64,000 bases of DNA from Amoebophrya sp. A120 (lineage: Eukaryota > Protista > Dinoflagellata): contig CAJINV010000002.1 of assembly GCA_905178155.1 (NCBI GenBank), positions 12,533,621 to 12,597,620 on the forward strand, given 5' to 3'. The notes under the pieces were generated by a model, which ran no database searches, had not been told where the DNA came from, and saw nothing but the letters and a program-made list of their open reading frames with translations. Positions within the stretch are counted from its first letter, which is position 1; each line of letters opens with the position of its first letter. Below, piece after piece: positions 24,168 through 37,300 of this stretch. The position numbers were made by a program, and so were the translations under genes.

Positions 24168-25145
24168 TTAGCTGCTGCCCCCGTCTTGCGGATTCCCATG
24201 CTGCTGCTCGTTGAAGCGCTCTTTTGCAGCGGTCCTGCTCGTGATGTGCTCTTCTCCTCTCAAATGCGGTTCCTTCCTCGGCACAAAATCACCATGATGA
24301 GCCCCCTTTTCTGCGATTTGCCGGTATTGGTCCTCGCGAGTGATCCGGTTCCCGTTCTGATCTTGTCGAAAACACGGCTTCGGTCTTTTGTCCTTGTCGA
24401 GACAAACCTTACCCCGGTATGTCGCCCAGCAATGATCAAGCTTCTCATCATCTAGCACGTATGTGCCTGTCTCTGCGTCCTTGAAATAGCACGCAATGCA
24501 CTCGTTCTCTTCCACCGGCGGAAAACCCCTCAATACGTACTGCTTCGTCGGTGCCAGTTGTGTCAATGCTTCCCTGCTCCCGATTTCGTGGAGATGTACC
24601 GTTTCTTGCTCGAGGCCTCTGAGGTTTTGTCTCGACTTCAACGGCGTCGCTTTCGAGTTACTGGCTCCTTTCAGAATGCTCGTCGGCTTCACGTTCATCT
24701 CTACCCCGGTGATCCAAGTGCAATGCTTACTTACGATGTGTAGGAAGTCTTCATCGGAATCGGACTCCGACCCGTCGGTTTCATTGCTGCGCGAAGCTAT
24801 CACAGCCCCGTGGCGCGGCATCGCACCGTGTGGTTTCTTGCGTCCCAACTTCTTCGGGTGCGGACCGAAATTCACATATGCAGCATCTCGGCGAACAGGG
24901 GCAGGCTCTGCCGTCACCACGACTGGAGTTGTTTCTTCGCGCCGGCGCGGCATAAATTGCGTCGAACCTGCTTCCTTGTAGCGAACGTCAATGGTTGCGC
25001 CTTCAATCTGGGAAGTTTGCAACGCAAAAGCGAGCAGCAGGCTAAGCCTAACGCATGAGAAAAGACCATAATAATTTCTCGCAGTTGCAGGCGAAGGAGA
25101 GGCCATCATGTGAGAGACAGGGGAAATGAAGTACACAAAGCCCAC
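24168..25145 (-). CDS. Hypothetical secreted protein
   Basis: 325-aa ORF with an N-terminal hydrophobic stretch (VRLSLLLAFALQTSQIEG) and a Cys-containing C-terminal region. Confidence 0.7.
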   Translation of the reverse strand: MGFVYFISPVSHMMASPSPATARNYYGLFSCVRLSLLLAFALQTSQIEGATIDVRYKEAGSTQFMPRRREETTPVVVTAEPAPVRRDAAYVNFGPHPKKLGRKKPHGAMPRHGAVIASRSNETDGSESDSDEDFLHIVSKHCTWITGVEMNVKPTSILKGASNSKATPLKSRQNLRGLEQETVHLHEIGSREALTQLAPTKQYVLRGFPPVEENECIACYFKDAETGTYVLDDEKLDHCWATYRGKVCLDKDKRPKPCFRQDQNGNRITREDQYRQIAEKGAHHGDFVPRKEPHLRGEEHITSRTAAKERFNEQQHGNPQDGGSS

Positions 25146-26893
25146 ACTATAAATGCTTCAAAAACTGATCTCCGCAATTCTATACGGGAAAAGCCGCCAA
25201 AAAAGCAAAACACTCGCACAAAAGTTAAGTGGCTTAAACTAAAGTAGTTGAATATTGTGTGTCTTCCAGAAATTTGTGAGCGTCGGGCAGTCGCTTTTCC
25301 TTGTTCGCAAGGAAGTAGCTAAAAGCTTAGGGTTTTAATAGACGTCAATAATCTGGCAGCGATAGAGACAACTCCTCCGCAACAGAACCAGGGACCCGAG
25401 TCAATAGCAAAACGGTGCACAAAATGACTAGGATTAGCTACGTAAACTGTGGCGATAGGTCTTTTTTTGAAGAGGTTGCGCAATCCTTATTATTTGAGGA
25501 CACCATCGCCATCGCCAACCGAGAAGATGATGAACTTGAGCAAGTTATGGATTTTTGGTGAATGCTGAACTCCAGCTTCTACTTTCGGTCAAATAATGGA
25601 TCTGAGTCACATGATCTTCTTGTCCCAAATCATTTGCTTCTTAATTTGGTTTCGGCTATCGGATCTGAATGTGACATTTTGTGCCACAGTAGCAAAGACA
25701 AAACCGATTGTAGTGCGCGACTCGCGCTGGCACTGAGTTGGATCTGCGGACGTGTGCGGGTCTGTTCGATCTGCATTTCACATCAAAGCCCGAGCCTGCG
25801 AAAATCTGCGACCTGCGCACACTCGCGATGTTATCATCGCACTGCTCTGATTGAAATCCGCATAACCACGAACAGGAGCAGACACAATCAAAACCGAGAA
25901 TGCGGCCAATTTTCAATAGACCACACTGTCTGACTCACACAAGTACCACCCGCAAAAAACCGAACCGGTGGAGACCTCCAGTGACAGAACTCCGATCGAC
26001 CATGTGTGCATCTAATGAAGCGACCTTCATCTATCTTTTCTCGAATTCACGGAACAACAAATATCATCGTATCATCTAAGTATGTCCATGCCTCGAACAC
26101 ATCAACGAACAGCCACAGCACAGCGTTTCCGCCGTCCAATCGAAGTCACTCTGCATTTCCACTGCGGGTTCAATTCCTTCTCAGTCTCGGTACGTTGCTT
26201 TCATTTTTGTCTTTCAGTTTTCAGTCAAACTCAGACTGTCGTGCTGAATGACGCAAATTGATAAAACACACTAGACCGGGCAAGTTTCGTCGAGACACAA
26301 CTCCGGATATAATTTGTTTCCGACATTCATTGTCGTGCTCAGACATAAACTCCCTGAGAACTTTTTGAGGTGGGCGAATTGCTAAAGGATTTCTGGGGGA
26401 AGATTATAACCGCTCTTTTATAGTTTGCTTGTACGCAATTCTGACCTCCAGATTCAAAAAACCATTGGCTTGCGATTGTAGTTCTAGTTGTGGATGCGAT
26501 TACAATTTTCATGAGGGGGTTCCTCTACTTCAATCTCAATCATACACGGATGCAAAACGAAAACTCACACGACTTCATCCTACTGCTCGCTAAAGTATTC
26601 AAAAAGTTCAAATACTTGCATCTCCCACGCAGTTCCTATACCATTACCACCCGCTCAACGACAAATTACTTATGAACAAACTTTGTACAACAGTAGTGCT
26701 TTTGACTGAGCTCCCGAGAAAAGATAGAATCATGATCGCGAAACGGGACAGTCAATGACAGTGTGGTGGTGGTTTCTGCCGCAATGAAGATGCCCATAAA
26801 TTTCTGCCAGGAAAACAAAACTTAAACTTATGCCCTCATTCGCATACATATATCCCTTGACGCGCGTCCACCTGCGTGGTCTACGATGCTTTT

Positions 26894-27901
26894 CTAGTGG
26901 TCATCGCCCTCCTCGTCGTCCGCATCGTAGCCGCTTTCTTCGTTCCGAAACACGACCGCGGCGTCTTCATCATCGATAATATTTTTCCCGCACTGTTTCG
27001 CTGGTTGTCGTGCGTGAAGACTATCGATTTTACTTTTCCGGCAGTGTTCGCTCCTCACCATCAAGTGTTGCGGGAAGGGTAACAAAAGCGGGTGGCCAGG
27101 TTGACAATGAATAACGCGTATTACGCACTGCTCCCCATTTTCATTTTTCGATGAATAAAATACACCTCGCCCCCAAGAACCCTTGGCTTTTCGGCGTCTT
27201 CGTCCGCACTTAGTCTTAGAATGCTTCGATTTGTTCCGCTTCGGCACCTCCTGTTCCTCTTCCTCCTGGTCCGCATCATCGCCTCCTTTGAACTCGTTCC
27301 AAGCATCCGCAAGACGCTTGCCGGCCACCGGCTCCCCGGCGGCATCGATCCCGAAGGAAAACTTTGGCTCACCGTCCGGCGTGTCGAAGGTGAACGTGCA
27401 ACCCTCGTACCCCGGTGGAGGTACAGCCCAGCGGTGCTTTCCGCCAACCTTTGTTGCTCCTTTGGTGGCCCGCAGCCACTCCTCCTCGCTTTCGACTCCC
27501 AGTGCGGCCCAGCCCTCCTTCGTCGTCGGAAGCTCATGGAATTGTTCTACCACGGGCTCGCGCCAGCTCCCCGACTTTGACTTTCGCTCTTTCGCAGCCC
27601 CAACCGCATCCTCGTCGTCTTCACAGACTGGTTCAAAATGGTCAAAACAATCGTCACTCCACGCAGTTTGGGTGCTGGCATCGGCGCTGCCTTTGCCTTT
27701 CTTCAAAATCCCGCGCGGTGGCGGACTCCACTCTACGTGTTTGCCTTCGTCAGTACTAACTTTCCCCTGCACGGGCGCTGCAAGCCCCGCAGAAAGGGGG
27801 TTCGTCAACGCACCTCCCGCGATTGGCTGGCTTTCGAGGAGACGAAGTCCCCACGAGAGCTCTGCAAGCAGAGCAGGAAGCAAGACTAACCCGGCCCGCA
27901 T
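26894..27901 (-). CDS. Hypothetical secreted protein with RWAVPPPG motif
   Basis: Signal-peptide-like start MRAGLVLLPALLAELSWG. Shares RWAVPPPG(Y/F)E...L..AWN with the 29129..30706 protein. The 3' end may be spliced. Confidence 0.72.
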   Translation of the reverse strand: MRAGLVLLPALLAELSWGLRLLESQPIAGGALTNPLSAGLAAPVQGKVSTDEGKHVEWSPPPRGILKKGKGSADASTQTAWSDDCFDHFEPVCEDDEDAVGAAKERKSKSGSWREPVVEQFHELPTTKEGWAALGVESEEEWLRATKGATKVGGKHRWAVPPPGYEGCTFTFDTPDGEPKFSFGIDAAGEPVAGKRLADAWNEFKGGDDADQEEEEQEVPKRNKSKHSKTKCGRRRRKAKGSWGRGVFYSSKNENGEQCVIRVIHCQPGHPLLLPFPQHLMVRSEHCRKSKIDSLHARQPAKQCGKNIIDDEDAAVVFRNEESGYDADDEEGDDH

Positions 27902-29128
27902 TCTTTTGACGATGTACTTATTTATTTCTAGTGGCCTACGCGATCATCAAAGTGGCAAGATCTGCAGCTTTTGTACCGTTCAAATTTGTTCAAAGCAGTG
28001 GCGATGCCGTCTCCATATGATATCAGATAGCTAGTCTATGGTAGAGATACTTTTTTCTTCAAGTTTGTAGATCAACTCAGTTACTTATACTACTTCTTAG
28101 AATTACTTCAATACTGTCGTCGACCTCGACGTCGCAGATACTGATATGCCACGCCTGGTCCTGTAAGTGTAGAAGCAAATGATTTTCATGTTCATCAAAA
28201 CATGCGCATTTTTGTCTCTGTCTCACTTTCGCGGCTTTTTGGTGATCGATATTCTTTCCTGGTGATTTTGGTGATCCTTTGATTTGTCATCAAGAGCCTG
28301 GACGTAGCTTTTTCCATTTGAAAAAGAACCGAGCTGTCTATGCTTGCATGATCCATGCATCGTAAATTTCATGCATCGATTTCATCATTTGACACGAGAT
28401 CTGTGATCTTTTCTTGACGAGCTTCACCTAGATATAGATTCATTCATCTTCATTGCGAACAGCCACAATACTTAGTCGAGTGGCCGATGGCAATGACTCG
28501 AGTGAACTATCACGATGAAGGTGGTGGACAAGATGGAATCAAGTCCTGAGGCGATTTCTCTGTGGCATCATCTGGGCAAAGACAGTTCGGATATACAACA
28601 CATGAGCTGTACTACAAGTGGTGGTAATCGTTTGCCAACCAACATCGCGTCGACGCTGTCGTCTCGAGAAATCAGTCGCCACGCTGCTCAGAACGAACTG
28701 GAACAAGATGCATACGCGACCATTACCTCATCTTTAAATTACAATCTGCGTGCGCCCTTTCTTTACACACAACAAAGCTTGGCAAAGAGTAAGTAGTCAA
28801 TATTTTAGCTTTGCTTCTCTGAGTCTAACGCACTGATCCTTGCATCGCCATTGCGTTTACGAATTCGAATGAAATCATACATTACAAGTTGACTGCAACT
28901 TGGTTCATTTGTCGAAGGTGCATTCGTGCCTCGCAAACAACACGAATCTTCTAAAAAAAGCTGGGGCAGGATCCCTTTCGTTGTATCGAAATCGACCGCC
29001 AGCATGTGTTGGTCAATGCACTGCGCAAGTGGTTTTGTCAAGAGTCGCTGGAGAAAGATGAACTCCATCTACCGCCTTGTCCCTCCAGTAAGTGAGGTCG
29101 ACAGTACGGCTCTCCCGAAGACACCTAC

Positions 29129-30706
29129 CTACTGTGGATGGGCAGATGCAGATATTTCGTTTTTTTCCGGCGTCTGCCTCGCTTTTAGTTCCGCCAGGAT
29201 CTCCAACCTTTTTGTTCTCGCCTGCTGGGCTCGCCGAACGAGCTCGGCTCGTTTCTCTTCGGTCATTTGCTCATGCTTGTCCATCACGGGAAGGCGCTGA
29301 CTGGCGCGGTAGGCGTTCCAAGCGGCGTCCAAGGTCGGATAGAAGACCGCATCCCCCGTGTGCTCGGCTCCGCTGCGGACGTAGACGAGAGAGCAGCTTG
29401 TACCTTCGGCTCCAGCAGTTTCACTCCTGCCATCAGCAGCAGCATCTTGATTAACTATTACTCTTTCATCGCTCGTTTTCTTCTGTAGTACGACGGCCTC
29501 GAACCCGGGCGGTGGCACGGCCCACCTCTCATGCATAGCATGGTGCCGCCATTTTTCGGGAATACCGCTTGGCTCCTGGGCCTTTGAGACCTCCAGGCTG
29601 TACTGGCACTCTTCGTTCAAGTGCTGATCCGAAGCGAACCACACCCGCAGCTTGGCCCGAGACTTCAAGGCAACCGGTGAACTACCAGTCGACACGGGAC
29701 CACTCTCGTCAGCTTTCGATGGAACTTGTTCTTCTGGTGGTCGTGCGATAGTGACGTTATTTCTCGTGTGGTCTGCGCTTCGTGTTCGTGCATCTCTGCT
29801 TTCTATTTCTGGGAGCGTTTCTTGGCTGCAACGGCGCACCGCGTCGTCAAGGGCCAGCATTTGCTCGGGACGGCTTGCGCCGACAATGTTGTCGTCGCCA
29901 GGAGGCTCCGGGGTTATCTCCGGGGGACGCTGAAAGTCGTTGTACCCTCGTCTCTTAAACATTTGTGTGCTTGATGCAGGAGCACCCGATTTCTCGTGAT
30001 CGGAGGTTGGCTCACCACCTATCACTCTTCCTGGAGTCCCTGTCGCAGAGCGCACAGGCGTAGCACGATCAGTCACTGGAATCTCCTCGCGGTCGAGAGA
30101 AGATGGACGGGTCGCAGCAGTGGCGCTCATCCGGTCAACATTTCCTTCTACCGGAGGTACAGTTTTTAATTCTGGGATAGGGAGAGGTTGTGCAAAATTT
30201 CTATCTGTGGTAATAGCGCAGTCCCGTATCTCCTCGGGGCTGCTCCTACGATGATCCTCGTCATTGTTTTGTGTGCGGCTCCGTGCAACCAACTGCTCTA
30301 GCTCGAGTTCGTTCTGCCCGAGTCCCAGAGACTCGTAAAACAGCTCGTGGTCTCTATCATATTCATCGTCAACACCTTCCTCGCGCTCCCCCGGCTCCCG
30401 GTCGTAGCTGCCCCGCCGCTCGCTACTGGCTAGACCGCGTAGCATTCTGTCGATCTCCGCATTGGTACGACGCCGCGGTGTGCTGCTCGTTGTGGTAGTC
30501 GTCGTCGACGCGAGATTCGTGGCGATAGGTAGCGCTGAAGACGCTAATACAGGTGTTGGCGGCGGGGCAGAAAAAGCGCCGAAAAAATGCGGCTCAGTGA
30601 GCTGCAACAGCAGGAGTGCAGAAAATGCCATCGCTGCTCTCAACACACTGCGAAGTTGCTGCGTCATACTAAGCCGCGTGGTCACCATCACGGTAAGTAG
30701 TGTCAC
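29129..30706 (-). CDS. Hypothetical secreted protein with RWAVPPPG motif
   Basis: 525-aa ORF with hydrophobic N-terminus (AAMAFSALLLLQL) and C-terminal ERWAVPPPGFE...TLDAAWNAYR. Confidence 0.75.
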   Translation of the reverse strand: MTLLTVMVTTRLSMTQQLRSVLRAAMAFSALLLLQLTEPHFFGAFSAPPPTPVLASSALPIATNLASTTTTTTSSTPRRRTNAEIDRMLRGLASSERRGSYDREPGEREEGVDDEYDRDHELFYESLGLGQNELELEQLVARSRTQNNDEDHRRSSPEEIRDCAITTDRNFAQPLPIPELKTVPPVEGNVDRMSATAATRPSSLDREEIPVTDRATPVRSATGTPGRVIGGEPTSDHEKSGAPASSTQMFKRRGYNDFQRPPEITPEPPGDDNIVGASRPEQMLALDDAVRRCSQETLPEIESRDARTRSADHTRNNVTIARPPEEQVPSKADESGPVSTGSSPVALKSRAKLRVWFASDQHLNEECQYSLEVSKAQEPSGIPEKWRHHAMHERWAVPPPGFEAVVLQKKTSDERVIVNQDAAADGRSETAGAEGTSCSLVYVRSGAEHTGDAVFYPTLDAAWNAYRASQRLPVMDKHEQMTEEKRAELVRRAQQARTKRLEILAELKARQTPEKNEISASAHPQ

Positions 30707-31380
30707 GTGTCGTTAGTGCAGCGAACCGAAAGCGAACTCGATATTAAAGCACGCCTGCTACTTTTACTTCCGTGTCAACCGCGCCGCAACACAGTAAACT
30801 AGACAACACGAAGTTTTACGATCTGAAACGATCGTGTGCTGTTGTACCCGGCTGTGCAACACAAAGTCTACGACTCTACTACCTAAAACTGAAGTCCTAC
30901 TGCCCTACATAAGCAAGGGGAAGACCAAATGACAAAAACGAAAACCATGCGACCTGCAGAAAGCATAGTGATAGATCGATATTGTTGAGATGGCACAAAC
31001 GTACAAGCTGAAAGAGTGCAGATGTCGGTCAAATGTCGAGGTCTCTTGTCTACTTCTTAAAGTGCAAAAAGACTGACTGGCACGATCATCGCGCTCTACT
31101 ATTAACTTCCGGTTTGATTTAATAAGCGATCGCATTCCAGTTTCCAACAGATCGGGAATGAGGAAGAGAACAACAGCACAGGCAATACAACCACAAATTC
31201 TCACATCTTGTGGCGCAGTCGCACACCACACCTGCCTCGAAGCATTTATATCGTGTTTTCCGTACTTAATGCTTCCGAATGGGTTCTTTGTTCGTGCTCC
31301 GGTTGATATAATTGGATTGTCAACTTTGACATGTCGCGGTTGCGTGCGACTGAGAAGCAATTTTTCATCTCTCATCTTCC

Positions 31381-34300
31381 CTAGGAGCACATCATGTAAA
31401 GTTTGCAGTCGTCTTGCTGTAACGCGATCGGGACATTTTTGATGAACCTGACGTCGCGCATTTGCCCGACCACGTTCTCGATCCGCAGAATCCAGTACCG
31501 GTCTGACCAGCGCCAGGCTGCGACCAGCTCCTGGAGACTTACTTCAAACACATCGCGCTGTTTCTTCGGCGTGGCTTTCACTTCCACGAGAATGTAGGCC
31601 GCCGCTGCTCTTTGCGCGGGCGCAGATCCAGTTCCCGGCCCGGCGGCGTTAATCAGGAAGAGTTCCTGCAGTCGCTTGTCGTTGATTTCGAATTTTTTCG
31701 TGGCCCCGCCCGCTGCGGGCAAGACCAGTTCCGAAAAGTATCGTTGCACGTCGGACAACCGATCCTCGGAGGCGAAATCGGCTTGATCGGCTTTGCGAAT
31801 GATGAAGTCAAACGGCAGACCGGCCTCATCAAATTCGTTCAGCCACAAGACCGCGTAGCCCATCTTCATGAGCACGGTCTTAGCCTGCTGCTCCCCGAGT
31901 TCACCGATCAGGTTCTGCACTTCCGGATCGACATTCTGAGGGTTTTGCTGTATTTTCTTTTCCAACTGCTTCCTTTTCCCTTCTTCCTGCGGGTTGGCCT
32001 GCTCTTGTCGCACCTCCGCGTTCTGCGGGTGCCGCTCCCCGGGCACCTTTTTCTGGTGCTTGATGCGGAACATCAGGTCCTTGTCCTTTTTCGTCAGCAG
32101 CTTCTGGAAGTCCTGCCCCGTCAGGTCGACAGGGCGGTCCTGGTTGGTGGTTGTACCGCCATCATTTGCCAAACTCATGCTGTCCGCAGCATTTCGATCA
32201 CCTTCTTGTCCCGTTTGCTCCGACTTATTTTTGGCAAGCTGTCCCTCTGGACCTGCAGAGCCTCCGCTATGCTGGAACGAGGGCGAGCCGCCGTGATCGT
32301 GGTCCCCCGGACCGCGCAGGTCCTCTTGCTTCATCACTCGCTGCGATGCCTGGGCGGGGAAGGGTGCATTCTGCGCGCCGGTCTGGCCCATGGCTTGGTT
32401 TCGCCTCGACTGGATAAAATGCTGCTGGGCCGCGTAAGCGTCTTCCGCGATTCGAGACAGCGCCCCCTCCGTTTTCTGCATTTTCCTTGGCGGACCTTTG
32501 ACTACGGCATCAGCATCCTCCTCGCTGCCGAGCAGCTTCAGCTGACGCAGGGCCTCCTCTTCCTGCTTCTTGGCCTCCAAAATTTCGGTGAAGTCCACTC
32601 CTGCCCGCGTGTCCGGCTCATCCAGAGACGAGAGCCGAGGCCGCTTCGCCTCGTTTTCCGTCACAACTGCATCGAAGCGAACCGAGGAAGAAGCCCCTGC
32701 TGTAGTCCCTGGAGCACCCAGTTGCAGCTGCGAAAAGCTCTCGAATCCTTCGCTCCGCTTCGCTCGGTTTTGCTGCCGCGCCTGCTCCCGGGCCGCCTTC
32801 TGTTCCGCGTCGAGTCTTGCACGGTGCGCGAGTTCGTGCTCGTAGGCATCGTAAATAAGGCGCTGGAAGAAGTTCTTGTCGCGCTCGGTTTCATTCTTTT
32901 GTTGTTCTTGTTCATTTTCCTCTCCGATTTTATTGCTTTGAAATGCAGATACCGTCGTACTTTCTCGACCGAAAAAGCTCGCGAGCTCGTCTGGCAAGGC
33001 GGCATCCTCAGCCATGCCCTCGTCCTCGTGCTGCGCAGCACCTTCTTCCTCCGCACCGTTCTGTCCGTCCACTTGCCTCATCGCCGCAGCGAGGGAGTGC
33101 TGCACATCGTAGCATTTGTCGTCCTTTCCGTACACTGACGACCGCACGCAGGTATCGATGCGCTCCTCCATCAGACGCACTTCCTGTTGGACACCTTCCA
33201 GAACCCACGAGGGGATCAGTACCTCCTTCGCGTACGCCTCTGGGTGTCGCAGCATCTTTTCCGTCGGCTCTGAAATACCGCTCGCAGGGACGTTTTTCAA
33301 CAACTCCGGAACCAGGACGGCTGCGACGGGTTCAAAGCACCGCGTACAGAAATAGTGCCAGAAGTTTTCCAGTGTTTCGCCGCTGATCGTCTTTCCATCG
33401 CGGCCGAACTCGTTCGCGACCAGCTGGAGCTGCGTCTGGAGGATTTTCGAAGCGAAAACTTGCGACTTTTCCAGCAGGAGCGACTCCGGAGACCATTGCG
33501 CACTAGTCGCGGCACCACCTCGTCTTCGGTTCTGAGCCACGGCCCTGCGGTTCCCGCGAAATGGCAAGGCGCACTCCACGGAAGCCGTGGCAGTGACGCC
33601 AACGAAGGGCTCGAGGTCAAACGCGGTGCTGGGAGGAAGTGTTGCGGTATCGGTGTAATTATCGACGTCGTAAAGAGACACTAAGCCGTTGCTATCCGTA
33701 GTGCGAATGATCTCTTGCAATCTCGTAAACGAATCCGCGGCTGCAACGTGGTTCGCGCCCGACAGCGGGGCGCAGAGAAACGATTTGCTCGTCTCTGCTG
33801 CATCTGCAAGCAGACCGCCAGCCCCAACAGCCGGAAGACAAATGCAACGCTGTTTAGAGATTTTCTTCGCCCCCGTTGCGGAAGCAGTACCTGCACTGCT
33901 GTAGTTGTATTGTTCCTCGCCTGTAATCATGTCATTCTCCTTTTTCCCGCCAGAAGACTGCTGCAAGACGTAAACTTCCAAATCCTGTAACTTTTCCCAC
34001 AGCGCCTTCGCGATTTTCCGCAATTTCCCCTTTGCGTCGTGGTTCAAAGATCGAAGCGCGGCATTATACGAAAACTTTGCCAATCCGTGGTCAAAAAGGT
34101 CCAAGCTCAGCTGCAAAACGCGCAAAAACACACTCTTCAAGTAAAGCGCGTCACAGTTCGCCAACAGAACAGTGGCAGCCTTTGCCGCAAGCTTCTCTCG
34201 CTCCGGCTCCTCGAGCACGGAAAAGTCGGCGTGAAACAGCCGTCTTCTGGTGGTGCGCAAGTCAAACACGACGGCCTGTAGCGACACTGGTCGGCCTGAC

Positions 34301-37300
34301 TGCTGCGTTCCCACCGCTTCAATCGTGCTCAACATGGCTGCCTCTGCTGCGCTCTGGTCATCTGCTACACGACCACTCTCGTTACTTTGTTTTTTTGCTG
34401 CGTCAAAGGTGGCAAGCAACGGTGCCGGAATCTGCCTTCCATCCCATCGGTACAGCAGGTCGCCCGCGGTGGCAAGACGTTCGAACTCGATTTGGAAAAG
34501 CGGCACGTGCAGCAGCCGCCAGGCGCTAAAAATCAGATCACGCATCTTGTTGTGGTCCGCAATGGCCAGCACGTACGGCTCCACGAGATCGTAACGAAAG
34601 TTAAACTTTTTGTGGGGACGACTCTTGTCTGCCTCCTTTCCCCCGGCCCAGTACGGCGCGGCGGGAAGGAACAGCCCGCTGGGGGATGTTGACGTCGTCC
34701 CCTCAAGTGGACTACTATCACTCTTGCCACCAGGTAACACCAAACTCTTCCAGCTCCCCGTCATAGTTGGTGCGATTTTGACTTTTTTCTCCACCACATT
34801 TTCCACAAAGGCCTTCAGAACCTCGGACGCGTTGTGAATGATCTCCAGAACCTCGGGCGTCAACTCTTGCGGCTTCTCCGAGAGCAGGGCATCGAGCGCG
34901 CGGCGCAAGTCTACAGTGCTTGTTGCATTTTTACCTGTACTATTCGCTAGCGCTGACATGCCGTGGTCATCATCTTGGTCCATCTCTCCGTCGACCCTAT
35001 TTTCATCAACAAGCGCCTGAATTTCAATGCGCACGCATATGCGCAAATGCTCGACGACGCGCTCGACGACTTCTACCGCGTCCTCCGTTTCCAGTACGAC
35101 TCGTGAGATTTGATCCGGGAAAGATATCTTAGCTTGGGACGAGTGCCCTGCAGTACTGGACGCAGGATCGTCTGGAGGCGCATCACCAAGTGCTGTTGTA
35201 GCCTCATTGTCCAGCAACACTGCATCTTCCTCGTGCGTCATCTCGTGCGCGACGCCGTGCAGGACCTTGAAGAAATCCGGCCACTGCGGAGCGTCCACAA
35301 CGCCCCAGTCGGCGAGCATGTGGTGGAGCCGATTCTGTTCGTCCGACGCCAGGAACCTCTCCTTTTTCGGCTTTGGCAGCACACTCTTCGGGCCCCAATA
35401 GTAGTTGCCCACGCACCGCTTGCGCATGTACTTCCTCGCGACGTCGCAAGCCGAATCAGACACATACGAGTTGTACGAATCCAGCAGTCGTGCCTCGTCG
35501 TAAAAGCAGAGCTGGTCGAGCGCGTAAAACTTTCCCGGCATTTTCTTCCCCACGCCCCGGTCGTCAAACGAAAACCGAATCTGGTTCAGCAATCGCGGGT
35601 GGTTCGGGACCCACACCCAGGAGTGGGTGGCAAGGAACGAGCTGACGAAAGAACTGTCTGGCGAAGCACTTATTTGCGCTGTAGTGTCTTTAATATTTTC
35701 GTTTTGTTCCTGCTCGTCGCCCTTTTTGATCTTTTCCCTCGCGACACAGTGCGCCAGGTGGGAATACAGGTTCGTGCAGTCTCGGATAGAAAGGCGGACC
35801 TCGGCTCCCGGCCCGGCCTTGTTCAAATCCTGGATGATCCGCACCAAGTGCTCGGCCGACGGGTTTTCCAGCAGAAACAGGGTCGGCCAAAGTTGATGCA
35901 GCAATTTCACGGCTGGGTGCAGAATGTACGGTCGTTCCAGCGCATTGGTGTTGTCGGCGAGGATCGAGGCGCGGTGCTTCTCGTCGAAAAGCTGCTGCTT
36001 CTTCGGTAAAGGCTTCAAGGTCGTACTTGTCGCAGCCTTCTTCGACGCGGTTGCAGCGTTCGCACTCGTGGTTGTAGCCGCAGCAACCACTGCGGGCTGT
36101 CGCGCCGGAGTCGCGTGCGGGGCGAAGGGAACGCTGAGCCAGCTCTCTTCGGAGGACCGCAACGTGTCCCCAGTCACGTTCAGAAGCCACTTCGCCTTTC
36201 GCAGCTGCTCGTGGAATCTACTAAACCTCGTCTCATCCGCATAATACGAACTTATTTTGGAAGCAGGAGCTTCTTGCTGTTTTGTGGAACTGGTTCGCGT
36301 CTGCAAAAAAACATGGTGCGATCTACTAGACCCCGAATTCACGAAGTACGTTTCCATGACGGAGAGCCACGTGTTCTCGAAGATTTTTCCTTTCGGAACA
36401 CCACTGCTGGTGATGGAGGTTACCTTCTTGCTTTCAGCTTCGGCCCCCGTCGCGCCAGCCGGGTTTTCCGCTAGCTTTTCGAGGCAGTTCACGATTTCGG
36501 CGAATTCCGAGCTCTTTCCGGTATCATCTGCGTCAACTGCGAGTGATGGCCACACACCCAGCTCGACCCAGAACGACCGCCAGGAAGCCGTCGCTTCGTC
36601 GACCTCAAGCAGGTCCCCCTGCTCGGCCTCGTGATCCACGTACACTTCCGGGCACCACCGCCACCAAGAGGAAGAGTTGAATGAAGTGCGCAGTGCGGGA
36701 AGAAGAGGGACCGCGTGAACCACCTTGGGATCATTGTGCTCTTCGTGCGTATTATCTGCTGTGGAAGCAGCTACACACTGTGCACTCTTCAAACGAATGA
36801 TTTCCACGGTCTCTCCTTTTTTGTCGTCCTGCGCGAAGAGCCACGGTGAGCCTTTTCGGAGCTTCTCCACAAGATCCGCACGCTTCGCCGCTGGCATGGC
36901 ACGGGGCCTCGAGGAAGCAGTTATCTTCGAGGAAGTTTTCGTACTTGAGGTTGTCGCTTTTCCTGCATCGGTAGCGGGGGAGGTTTTTGAACCATGAGCC
37001 TTAGTAGAATCGGAAGTACTTGCGCTCGCCGCGGTCCCCTCAATCAAAAGTTTCTTCAAATACAGGGTGCAGGCCAGAAGTTTCTCCTTGTCGGGCGCTC
37101 CGCCGTCGGGACTGTTGTCCAACAAAACTGGCAGCACGTGCTGCTCGCAAAAGTGCTGTGAATCTAGCTTCTGCACGCCGAGGCGCTGCAGCAAAACGCC
37201 CAAACGCGGCTCCTGGTTCACGAATTCGCGAAATTCCGTGTCTAACACGCGCACTTTTTCCAGAGAAACTAAAAACTCGGCGTCGTAAATGGACCGCCCG

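Noticed and set aside
30780-30910. Another possibly mirror-like stretch (ctac/ctag-rich)
   Set aside because: Too short to distinguish from ordinary intergenic composition.
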